From positions 21,741-85,740 of IMG/VR virus record IMGVR_UViG_3300046820_001584: 64,000 nt of DNA; one strand, given 5' to 3'. This DNA comes from a virus. Under the pieces are notes generated by a model. It had not been told where the DNA came from. It ran no database searches and saw only the letters and a program-made list of their open reading frames with translations. The translations under genes and the position numbers were made by a program. This document shows positions 37,636 to 46,386 of the stretch, piece by piece (position 1 is the stretch's first letter; every line of letters begins with the position of its first letter).

Positions 37636-38976
37636 CTAGTTTCTAATTATGAACGATTGTCCTAGAACTAGAACGTCTGGGTCAGTGAAGAATCTATATA
37701 CTATAGAGGCATCTTCTACTGTATCAATTGACTCTACTGCTAAGTACTTAATATCTTCGTCAGATCTATAAACTATCTGATCTCCAATTTGCATATCCGC
37801 TGGGGTTACAAATTTATAAGTATTTCCTCTAAGTGCTAGAATTTCTTCTTGCAACGAGAATCTTGCAGTGGCATCATTATTAACCATGAATGTCTTGTTT
37901 TGCAATGTGGCTTGTATTGAGAATATCTTTGACTCAATTACCTTTGAATTACCAAGATGTGTATCTTCCCATGTTGCTGGGTCGTACTCACCTTCATTTG
38001 GCAACTTATCAAATGATAAGCTTATTAGAATATCTCCAATTTTTATATCTTTAGCCATCTTGTAGCCTGTAGATGTAAGTATTAAAGTGTCTTCATTTAT
38101 GCAACCAAATCTTGGCGGTGCAAAGAAGCCAGGTGGGAAGAACGGTGGCGCAAAGAAGTTAGGTGGGAAGAACGGTGGGAAGAATGGTGGGAAGAACGGT
38201 GGGAAGAACGGTGGCGCAAAGAAGTTAGGTGGGAAGAACGGTGGCGCAAAGAAGCCAGGTGGGAAGAACGGTGGCGCAAAGAATGCGGGTGGGAAGAACG
38301 GTGGCGCAAAGAAGCCAGGTGGGAAGAACGGTGGCGCAAAGAAGCCAGGTGGGAAGAACGGTGGGAAGAACGGTGCCTGAGTTGTAATAGTTGCTGTATT
38401 AGCTGAGGCTGCTGAACGTCCATTAGCATTGTCTGCATAAACATTGTAATACTGTGATGTATTAGCGGCGTCATCAATTGTTGTAGATAACCCTGTTACA
38501 TTGTCTCTGCTTGTTCCATCATTACCAGCTACAAAATACTTGGTGATTGCTTTTCCACCATTTGCTGGAGCTGCCCATGAAATTGTATTCTGGTTAACGC
38601 CTGGAGTTGCTGATGGGCTTGTTGGAGCACTTGGAACTGTTGTTGCTGTAACAGCAGAAGCTGCTACTGCATTTGAATTGCTATCAAGGAAGCCATCATA
38701 AGATGATACTGAGAAAGTATAAGATGTTCCTCCTGATAATCCAGTTATTGTAGCGGTATTTGTGCCAAATGCAACTGTAGCTTTTACTGTTGCGCCGTCA
38801 TATACCTTGTAACCAGTTGGCGTATTACCATCAACTGGTGCTGTCCAAGATACTGTTACAGCACCGTCATTAAATGCTCTGTTGGTACCAATATCAGATG
38901 CCGTGACACCTGTTACTGGATTTGGTCCAATAAAGTTATCTTGGGCGGAAGATTTTCTACCTATATTTTTTGACAT
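37636..38976 (-). CDS. FN3-FN3-(Pro/Phe repeat)-Hint domain protein
   Basis: Two FN3-like repeats; about 88 aa of PPFF/PPxFFA repeats; then G-CINEDTLI...IKIGD...VYRF...IIRN-stop, a Hint-like domain. Confidence 0.8.
   Translation of the reverse strand: MSKNIGRKSSAQDNFIGPNPVTGVTASDIGTNRAFNDGAVTVSWTAPVDGNTPTGYKVYDGATVKATVAFGTNTATITGLSGGTSYTFSVSSYDGFLDSNSNAVAASAVTATTVPSAPTSPSATPGVNQNTISWAAPANGGKAITKYFVAGNDGTSRDNVTGLSTTIDDAANTSQYYNVYADNANGRSAASANTATITTQAPFFPPFFPPGFFAPPFFPPGFFAPPFFPPAFFAPPFFPPGFFAPPFFPPNFFAPPFFPPFFPPFFPPFFPPNFFAPPFFPPGFFAPPRFGCINEDTLILTSTGYKMAKDIKIGDILISLSFDKLPNEGEYDPATWEDTHLGNSKVIESKIFSIQATLQNKTFMVNNDATARFSLQEEILALRGNTYKFVTPADMQIGDQIVYRSDEDIKYLAVESIDTVEDASIVYRFFTDPDVLVLGQSFIIRN
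38113..38376 (-). repeat. coding tandem repeat (30-nt and 12-nt units) encoding APPFFPP(G/A/N)FF and PPFF
   Basis: Plus-strand unit GGTGGGAAGAACGGTGGCGCAAAGAAGCCA repeated with variants. Confidence 0.95.
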
Positions 38977-38996
38977 TTTATTCTCCTATTTCCCAA

Positions 38997-41477
38997 TTAC
39001 GCTTTCAAGTCTCCAGCTAACAACCAAGTTGTTGCTGCGACTTTTGTGGCTGTCACTGATGAGTTTGTTGTTCTAAGTGTTGCACCTGGTGTTGCAAGAA
39101 TTGTAACTCCAGATCCAGTTATGTTAGCACCAGTACCTGATGACTGGTAGAAGTTAATTGAAGAACCAATTGCATACTTAGCATTTCCTGTTGCTTCAAA
39201 GCTTACGTTTACTGCTCCTGATAGAGGGACCAATGAGTCTCTTACTGCGGCATCTGTTCCAAGTGCATCTAATGTTGAGTTAGATGAAACAGCTGTTGCT
39301 ATTGTTGTAAGTGATGGTACACCAGCCCGTGTTTGAACCTTATCTGTAAATGCTACTCCAGCTGCTGCAACTGTTACTGTTCCAGTAAATGTTGGGCTAG
39401 CGATTGGTGCCTTTGCTGCAAGTCCAGTTGTAACTGTTGAAGCAAAGTTTGCGTCATCACCGAGTGCTGCTGCAAGTTCGTCAAGGGTATTGAGTGCTGC
39501 TGGGGCTGATGCAATTACTGCATTTACCTGAGCTGTTGCATCTGCAATAGCCTCTGACTTAGCAGTTGCAATTGCTGAAGCCTGTGCTGTAGATACTGGC
39601 TTAGCTGAGTCTGCTGTATTATTAACATTTGCAAGTCCTACTGAAGACTTTGTAAGTGCTGCTACCGCAGTTGAAACCTTTGTATCTGCTGCTGTTCCAG
39701 CTGCAGTAATAGCTTCTGACTTAGCAGTTGCTACATTTGCTGTAGTTGCTAGAAGTGAAGTATCTGCAATGCCGTGAATGTTTGTTGTATCTGATTCGTG
39801 ATTTGAAAGTGCTGTAGCTGCTGAACCAAATTGTGACTGCACAGAAGATGAAATTCCATCAAGATAACCTAGTTCTGTTGAGCTAAGATTTCCAATTGAT
39901 GTTGTGCTTGGTAGCACTACTGTTCCTGTAAATGTTGGACCATCTAATGGGGCAAGGGCTGTTAGTGAAGCTCCTAGTCCGTCAATTTTACTTTGAGCAA
40001 TTGCTGCGGTAGGGCTAATGTCTGCGTTTACAATTGTTTCATTTGTAATTTTATCAGATGTAATTGCTCCATTTATAATGTTTACTGTATTTATTGAGTT
40101 AGCTGCAACCTTTGCAGCAGTTACTGATGAGTCAGCAATCTTTGCAGTGCTAACTGCGCTGTCGGCAATCTTTCCATTTGATACTGATAAAGCTGCAATT
40201 TTGGCTTCAGTTACAGCATTTGTTGCAATCTTAGATGAAGTTACAGCATCTTCTGCAATCTTCTCTGTAGTGACTGCAAGTCCACCAATTTCATTTGTTC
40301 CAACAGAATCATCAGAAAGATGAGACTGGGAAATTGAATTAGCTGCAATCTTTTCTGCAGTAACTGCATTGAGTGCAATTTTAGCTGTAGTGACTGCATT
40401 TGGAGCAATCTCAGACTCTCCAACTGCATTGTCTGAAATCTTAGCGGCTGTAATTGAGTTGTCTGCAATCTTGGCTGCTGTTACTGCATTTTCTGCAAGA
40501 TTTGCTGCAACAATTGATCCGTTTGGCAAAACTATTGTTCCAGTTAATGTTGGGTTATTTAGAACAGATTCTGTTGACTCTAATCTTCCAACTGCTATGG
40601 CATCTAATGATCCCTGTGTAAAATCAACTGTGGTTGTAGGCTCTGTTGTAACTCCCTTAAATAACTTCCACTTGTCTTCTGAAGCATCACGCACAAATCC
40701 AGTGTGATTAAATGTTCCAGTGTTATGACCAGCAACAAAACCTAAGTCAAGCATTCCCGACTGGTTTGCTTTTGCCATAAGAAGCATTGTGTCTTCAATC
40801 GCAAAGTTTTCGGTGTTAATTGTTGTCATTGTTCCATTGACTGCAAGATTACCGCTAATTGTAACATCCTTAGCAAATAAGTCTCCAGTTGTTGAAATGT
40901 CTGTAGTAAGAGAGCCTAGTGGCAACTCTGACTGTAAAATTTTAGTATTTGAATCTAACGAAGCAACTCCGCCTGCAGTTCCTCTATCTCCTGTTTCTAG
41001 GTATCCTGATAGTGAGCTGTTTAATCCGCTTACTGCAGTGTCAGTGTAATCTTCTGCAGCAGATATTGCTGCAGCCTGTGCTGCATTTGCTTTAGTAGTT
41101 GCATCTGACGCAGCTGCTGCGATTGCTTCTGATTTAGCATTTGCTGCTTTAGTGTTTGCTTCTGATGTAGCAAATGTTTTTGTTGAAACTACATCTGTGT
41201 CTACAGTTATAGTAATTGTATTTGCACCATCGTTATAAGTCTTTGTTAAACCTGCGCCCATTGTTAAGGCTGTGTTAATTGCATCTTGGGAAATTTCACC
41301 AATTGCTACATCTGAGTTGTTGGCATATGCTAGGGCTGTCCATGTAGCTGTTCCATTACCAAACTTAAATAAATTAGTGTTTGTTTCAACACCCATTTCA
41401 CCTGCAGCTAATACTGGATTTGCTGTGGTCCATTCAGAGGCTGTACCTCTTCTTACTTGAATTCTTACTGTTGACAT
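38997..41477 (-). CDS. fiber protein with Mtd-N-like N-terminus and 10-aa VTxAKIA repeats
   Basis: RIQVRRGTASEWTTANPVLAAGEMGVET; (AVTxAKIAxN)n; APAALNTLDELAAALGDD. Confidence 0.75.
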   Translation of the reverse strand: MSTVRIQVRRGTASEWTTANPVLAAGEMGVETNTNLFKFGNGTATWTALAYANNSDVAIGEISQDAINTALTMGAGLTKTYNDGANTITITVDTDVVSTKTFATSEANTKAANAKSEAIAAAASDATTKANAAQAAAISAAEDYTDTAVSGLNSSLSGYLETGDRGTAGGVASLDSNTKILQSELPLGSLTTDISTTGDLFAKDVTISGNLAVNGTMTTINTENFAIEDTMLLMAKANQSGMLDLGFVAGHNTGTFNHTGFVRDASEDKWKLFKGVTTEPTTTVDFTQGSLDAIAVGRLESTESVLNNPTLTGTIVLPNGSIVAANLAENAVTAAKIADNSITAAKISDNAVGESEIAPNAVTTAKIALNAVTAEKIAANSISQSHLSDDSVGTNEIGGLAVTTEKIAEDAVTSSKIATNAVTEAKIAALSVSNGKIADSAVSTAKIADSSVTAAKVAANSINTVNIINGAITSDKITNETIVNADISPTAAIAQSKIDGLGASLTALAPLDGPTFTGTVVLPSTTSIGNLSSTELGYLDGISSSVQSQFGSAATALSNHESDTTNIHGIADTSLLATTANVATAKSEAITAAGTAADTKVSTAVAALTKSSVGLANVNNTADSAKPVSTAQASAIATAKSEAIADATAQVNAVIASAPAALNTLDELAAALGDDANFASTVTTGLAAKAPIASPTFTGTVTVAAAGVAFTDKVQTRAGVPSLTTIATAVSSNSTLDALGTDAAVRDSLVPLSGAVNVSFEATGNAKYAIGSSINFYQSSGTGANITGSGVTILATPGATLRTTNSSVTATKVAATTWLLAGDLKA

Positions 41478-41538
41478 TATGCCACCCCTTTAATTTGATA
41501 TATTGAAATTATAGCATCTAAACTCTTACAATTAAACA

Positions 41539-41901
41539 TCATGCTACTAATGCTCCTGAATCGAAAGTCATTCCAAATTCAGTAGTTGAAGGATCTCCTC
41601 CAGAAACATATTTACTTGTTCCTGATGGGGTTACTCCATTTGCCTGAATAATATATGTTGGTTGACCATTATAATCAATTGCTAGACCTACATCCATAAA
41701 TGAGAGCATAGTGTTCTCATTTGGAATTTCTGAGTACAAAGCTATAGGCTGCCAAGTTCCATCAATTTGGACTTGTAGCCTATTTGTTGCTGTATCAAAA
41801 GATATCGGGGCTGTTCCTAATACAATACTAGAATCAAACGTTGCCGTTCCAGCTACGTTTAACCCATTCTTTACTCTAAAGTTCTTATTTACTGTTGCCA
41901 T
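41539..41901 (-). CDS. virion accessory protein
   Basis: MATVNKNFRVKNGL, similar to the N-terminus of 41972-43492. Confidence 0.55.
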   Translation of the reverse strand: MATVNKNFRVKNGLNVAGTATFDSSIVLGTAPISFDTATNRLQVQIDGTWQPIALYSEIPNENTMLSFMDVGLAIDYNGQPTYIIQANGVTPSGTSKYVSGGDPSTTEFGMTFDSGALVA

Positions 41902-41931
41902 TTAAGTTCACATATCCCCTAATTGTTTGTT

Positions 41932-41961
41932 GTGGGGGATTTTTAAGGAATCCCCCAAAAC
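41932..41961. terminator. intrinsic terminator-like hairpin
   Basis: TGGGGGATT...AATCCCCCA followed by an A tract. Confidence 0.55.
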
Positions 41962-41971
41962 CTTTATTTAA

Positions 41972-43492
41972 TTATTTAATTAATGTTCCAGATACTTTAA
42001 CTGTTGAGTTATTTACTGGTGTAACCTTTACAAGGACATTTGCACCAGATACTTCTGCTGTAATTGTTCCTCTTGATCCATTAGTTCCGACAATTGCATA
42101 TTCTGTAATTGCTACGTTATCTGATGCATCTAGTGTTAGTAGTATTTCTGATATTTCATTGTGTGTTGCATTGTCAATCTTAACAAGAAGCTTGGCTGAA
42201 CGATAATCTGCCTTTGCCCACTGATAAGCTGTTCCTGCAACAGCTGCTGTTCCATTTGAAGATGCTGCAATTTGCTTAGCCTCATCGTTAATGTTTAATG
42301 CTGTAAATGCTGTTGTGCCTGCTTGCTGTGCTGTGTTAGCTGCTGCTGCAGTTGCTTCCGCTGCTGCTTGAGCGGCGTTAGCCTTAGATGTTGCGTCAGC
42401 TGCTGCTGTGGCTTCTGCTGCAGATCGTGCTGCGTTGGCCTTTGTAGTAGCATCAGTTGCTGCTGCAGAGATTGCTGCAGACTGTGCGGCGTTAGCCTTA
42501 GATGTTGCGTCAGCTGATGCTGTCGCTTCTGCTGCTGCTTGAGCTGCATTGGCCTTTGTAGTAGCATCAGTTGCTGCTGCAGAGATTGCTGCAGACTGTG
42601 CTGCGTTGGCCTTAGTTGTAGCATCTGAAGCGGCATTTGAAGCTGCTGTTGAAATTGCTGAAGTTACATCAGCTGAATTAGCTTTTGTTCCAAGAGCAGT
42701 AGTAATTGTTGTTGTGTAGTTAGCATCATCATTAATTGCTGCTGCTAATTCATTTAATGTATTAAGAAGTGCTGGTGCACCGTCTACTAATGAATCTACT
42801 GCAGTTGAAATTGCTGTATTACGATTTGAAACCTCTGTTGAGATTGCAGTTGAAAGCGCTGATGCTGCAGTTGCTTCCGCTGCTGCCTGTGCTGCGTTGG
42901 CCTTTGTAGTAGCATCAGTTGCTGCTGCAGAGATTGCTGCAGACTGTGCTGCGTTGGCCTTTGTAGTAGCATCAGTTGCTGCTGCAGAGATTGCTGCAGA
43001 CTGTGCGGCGTTAGCCTTAGATGTTGCGTCAGCTGATGCTGTCGCTTCTGCTGCTGCTTGAGCTGCATTGGCCTTTGAAGTTGCGTCTGCTGCTGCAGTT
43101 GAAACTGAAGCTGCATCGCCTGATACTCTAAGTGCTGCTTCTGCTGCTACCTTAGTTGTTGCATCTGTTGCAGCGGCTGTAATTGCTGCAGACTGTGCTG
43201 CTGAAGCTTTTGCGCTTGCATCTGTTGATGCAGTCGCTTCTGCTGCTGCTTGAGCGGCGGCTGCTGCTCCTGCTGCATCAAATACGCCAGACTTTACGGA
43301 TAGCTTTCCAGCTCCGCTTACTTCAAGCTGTGTTGCTTCTACGGATTTTACAAGAGTCGCTCCACCAACAAGGTTGAGTATATAGGCGTCTCCGCCTGTT
43401 TCTGTAAGTATATTTTGGCCATTGATTGTACCTGTAGTACCTTCAACTATGAGGCCTGATTTAATTCTAAAGTTTTTTGTTACTGTTGCCAT
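41972..43492 (-). CDS. Ala-rich repeat fiber protein
   Basis: 19-aa repeats ANAAQSAAISAAATDATTK; C-terminal YRSAKLLVKI...SEILL...ITEYA domain. Confidence 0.7.
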   Translation of the reverse strand: MATVTKNFRIKSGLIVEGTTGTINGQNILTETGGDAYILNLVGGATLVKSVEATQLEVSGAGKLSVKSGVFDAAGAAAAAQAAAEATASTDASAKASAAQSAAITAAATDATTKVAAEAALRVSGDAASVSTAAADATSKANAAQAAAEATASADATSKANAAQSAAISAAATDATTKANAAQSAAISAAATDATTKANAAQAAAEATAASALSTAISTEVSNRNTAISTAVDSLVDGAPALLNTLNELAAAINDDANYTTTITTALGTKANSADVTSAISTAASNAASDATTKANAAQSAAISAAATDATTKANAAQAAAEATASADATSKANAAQSAAISAAATDATTKANAARSAAEATAAADATSKANAAQAAAEATAAAANTAQQAGTTAFTALNINDEAKQIAASSNGTAAVAGTAYQWAKADYRSAKLLVKIDNATHNEISEILLTLDASDNVAITEYAIVGTNGSRGTITAEVSGANVLVKVTPVNNSTVKVSGTLIK

Positions 43493-43520
43493 TTATATGA
43501 CTCCTCTTGGTGCTTTTTTA

Positions 43521-44078
43521 TTATGCTTTAAGCGCTGTTCTGACATATCTAACTGAGATAGAACCAGAAACAGGGGTGACTCTTAGACTAATTATACCTG
43601 AATTTTCTTCAAATGTATAAGTAAAGATGTTGCTGTTTGTGTTTGAGATGATATTAGATTCTGAAACCATTATATTTGTTCCATCGTGAGAAACAAGAAT
43701 TTCTGATGTATAAACATCTGAGCCTCTTGTAACCTGAATATTATACTTGGCGGTTCTCCATGCATTCTTTGCAAAAGAATCTACGTTTGTAGGATTCTCA
43801 ATTCCATAAACTGTAAGATCGTTGTTTCCTTCAAGACCCAATAATTCTGATATTGCATCTGTGCTATTATCTAAACTAATTAATGCAGTTTCAATAGTTG
43901 AAACTTTGTATGTTAATGAGTTTGGATCTGTTGAACCATTTACACCAACTTTTGTTTCTAATGCTTCAATCGCATCATTTGCATTTGCATGCTGCTCTGA
44001 ATGCGATGGTGATGATAATACGTCTGATCCGTTTGGGTTAATAAGCTGATCAATACTATTTGGATAACTGGTGGCCAT
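43521..44078 (-). CDS. virion accessory protein
   Basis: MATSYPNSID, HANANDAIEALETKVG; C-terminal WRTAKY..Q..SEILV domain related to that of 41972-43492. Confidence 0.6.
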   Translation of the reverse strand: MATSYPNSIDQLINPNGSDVLSSPSHSEQHANANDAIEALETKVGVNGSTDPNSLTYKVSTIETALISLDNSTDAISELLGLEGNNDLTVYGIENPTNVDSFAKNAWRTAKYNIQVTRGSDVYTSEILVSHDGTNIMVSESNIISNTNSNIFTYTFEENSGIISLRVTPVSGSISVRYVRTALKA

Positions 44079-44139
44079 TGGCTACCCCCTATGTGGTAAT
44101 TATGTTACTTAGATAATTATACCCTATAAAAGTTTAATG

Positions 44140-44376
44140 CTACCACTTATTTAAAGGACATGTTGCATTCTGAAGTTTTGTTTTTAAAGACATAAAACAT
44201 CCACATTTTTTGCAAGTTTTAGTTAATTGGATTAGTTCTGGGCAAGCTTTGCATATGTCATATCTTGATTCTGCCAGATCGTCTGAGGCATATTCTGTAT
44301 TAGGATTTAAAAAATCCCATGGCTTTACATCTTTAGTTTTTTCTTGGTACTTTTCCCATTCGCTTTTCTCTGTCAT
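44140..44376 (-). CDS. small Cys-rich protein (DUF6171-like)
   Basis: RYDICKACP...CKKCGCFM..KTKL....CPLNKW. Confidence 0.65.
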   Translation of the reverse strand: MTEKSEWEKYQEKTKDVKPWDFLNPNTEYASDDLAESRYDICKACPELIQLTKTCKKCGCFMSLKTKLQNATCPLNKW

Positions 44377-44768
44377 TCAAGCTCTCCTGGAATTATAAAG
44401 TCGCCATCAATATACTTCCAGCCTACACCAATCATTTCTGCATATTTGTGTTGCTCTTTTGTCCAGCCAACTAAAGTTGGGTTTGATAATAAAATTGCTC
44501 TTATTTTTTCTGGGCATATAAGTGTTTCTACAACATTGCCGTTTTTTATTAAATCCACGGCATAAGCATCTTCAGAAGAATGCTCAGGATTATCTTTAAA
44601 TTCATCTATTGTTTCCATTAAATTAGAAAACCATCTGTCTGTTGCCATTGTTTCTACAACTGTATCTCCAATAATAAATGCAAGTGGCTTGTTGCCCTCA
44701 ATATTATTATCAATTCTATTTTGTTTAATACCTGGAGTAGACCAGTCTATCTCTGAATAAATAATCAT
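44373..44768 (-). CDS. hypothetical protein
   Basis: 131 aa, leaderless promoter upstream, coupled to the Cys-rich gene. Confidence 0.6.
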   Translation of the reverse strand: MIIYSEIDWSTPGIKQNRIDNNIEGNKPLAFIIGDTVVETMATDRWFSNLMETIDEFKDNPEHSSEDAYAVDLIKNGNVVETLICPEKIRAILLSNPTLVGWTKEQHKYAEMIGVGWKYIDGDFIIPGELE

Positions 44769-44808
44769 AATACATTATATCCTTTTGTTTGCAAAATTGT
44801 CAATACCA

Positions 44809-46377
44809 TTATTGGTAACAAGCTGTTCTAGTACCGTCGCTGTTATTAGGTGCCGTACATGCTCCAACTGAGTAGCAATTATAATAGTTATTGCTCCGAG
44901 AATCATTTACGTCATAAGCCTTACATTGCCATGCATAAAATGTTTTTGATACATTTGGGCAACAATTATTAACTGTTGTTCCGCTAAGAGATCCTGATCT
45001 TTGTGAGCCTCCTGGGCAACACTCAGGGGCGTAGTGATAAGAACCCTGATCTGAATAATTACATACGCAAGCTGGAGGGCGTGGAGTAGTATATCCACAA
45101 ACTCCATTTACTTGGCTATATGGACCATATGAAACTGAATCTTGTGATGCACAATTATAGTCATACTCACCAGTTCTTGTACCATCACTTAATTTTTCTT
45201 TTCTATAATATAAGGTATCTGTATACTTGGTTCTTACATATGTTCCAGAACATTCAGATGTATATGTGCTTGAAGTAGTATAATATTCACAACCAGTCCA
45301 AGTAATTACTGGTGCTGGAGGAACATATACATCTGTATTATATGAGGCAGTTGAGCTAACAGTTCCTTCTGAGTTTGTAATACTAGCTGTACAAGAAACA
45401 GTTTGACCATTTCTTTCGGCTAACATAAAGTTTCCGCCATTCCAAACAAAGTTTGGGCCCCAATAATAATCTAAGGTGCCAGCAGGATTTCCATAGCTTC
45501 CTACGTTAACATTCATTCTTAATTCTACTAAGCTTGGATATTGAGCTGATTGTGTGGCGCTAATAAAAGAGCTATTAATTACTGCTGGTGTAGAAGTTCT
45601 TACGGTAGATAAAGAAGCAGAACTTTGTCTGCCAACCATGTGACTTCCAATTATGGAAGTAAAAGGATTGGATGCATTAATTGGTTGTATAGCAATAAAT
45701 AAAGTGCCCCGTGCATTTGATCCAAGGTCTATATACTTATTGCCAAAATCTGTTCCTACGGAAGTTCCAGGCTCTTCATTATGTGCTGGTAATGTTATTT
45801 GCGTATATGGAATATTTGGTCCCTGATAATACATTATGTATCCAGTAGCACCCTTTGCTTTTTGCCACAAGGAGTATATTCTTCCATCTGAGACTGGATA
45901 CGCCATAAAAAATGGTATTGGGCCAGGCCCAAATATTGCACCAGGTTCTACTAAATATGGATCTGATTCTCCTACTGCATTAATGGCATATACTTTGCAT
46001 CTTACCAAGTACCCTACATAATTAAAATTAAGATATGCGCTAGATTGTGTTTGTGCTACACCATTATGAAGCAGTGTCTGCCAATTATATGCTCCATTTG
46101 TAAATGCTGCTACTTCCCAAACATATCTATAAGAAGTTGGAGAGTTTTCCCATGTTCCAGTTGTAACAGATATTGTTTGTTCAACAGATCCTTCTGCTCC
46201 AGATGTTTGAGAAAATGATGGAGCAGTTGTATTTTTTGGTACGCCAGTTGAAAATAATTTCCAGGCAGTTCCGTCCCACACGTGTGCAGATTTAGCAGTA
46301 ACCCATGATGAACCATCATGAATATTTATTTTTTTAAAGGGGTTCCAACTAGAACCATCAAAAATGTTTAGTGGCAT
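44809..46377 (-). CDS. Ig-like virion protein with Cys-rich C-terminus
   Basis: Three DGxxW motifs at the N-terminus; NTTAP...TTGTW..SPTSYRYVW Ig-like domain; 14 Cys in the last ~165 aa. Confidence 0.65.
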   Translation of the reverse strand: MPLNIFDGSSWNPFKKINIHDGSSWVTAKSAHVWDGTAWKLFSTGVPKNTTAPSFSQTSGAEGSVEQTISVTTGTWENSPTSYRYVWEVAAFTNGAYNWQTLLHNGVAQTQSSAYLNFNYVGYLVRCKVYAINAVGESDPYLVEPGAIFGPGPIPFFMAYPVSDGRIYSLWQKAKGATGYIMYYQGPNIPYTQITLPAHNEEPGTSVGTDFGNKYIDLGSNARGTLFIAIQPINASNPFTSIIGSHMVGRQSSASLSTVRTSTPAVINSSFISATQSAQYPSLVELRMNVNVGSYGNPAGTLDYYWGPNFVWNGGNFMLAERNGQTVSCTASITNSEGTVSSTASYNTDVYVPPAPVITWTGCEYYTTSSTYTSECSGTYVRTKYTDTLYYRKEKLSDGTRTGEYDYNCASQDSVSYGPYSQVNGVCGYTTPRPPACVCNYSDQGSYHYAPECCPGGSQRSGSLSGTTVNNCCPNVSKTFYAWQCKAYDVNDSRSNNYYNCYSVGACTAPNNSDGTRTACYQ

Positions 46378-46386
46378 TAGAACTCC

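Noticed and set aside
38113-38376. Possible CRISPR array
   Set aside because: Tandem units with no unique spacers, in frame within a CDS, and no cas genes
38087-38477. ORFs encoding KKPGGKNGGA (+) and LRHRSSH (-) repeats
   Set aside because: Antisense and alternate-frame shadows of the PPFF repeat; the FN3-Hint frame has recognisable domains on both sides
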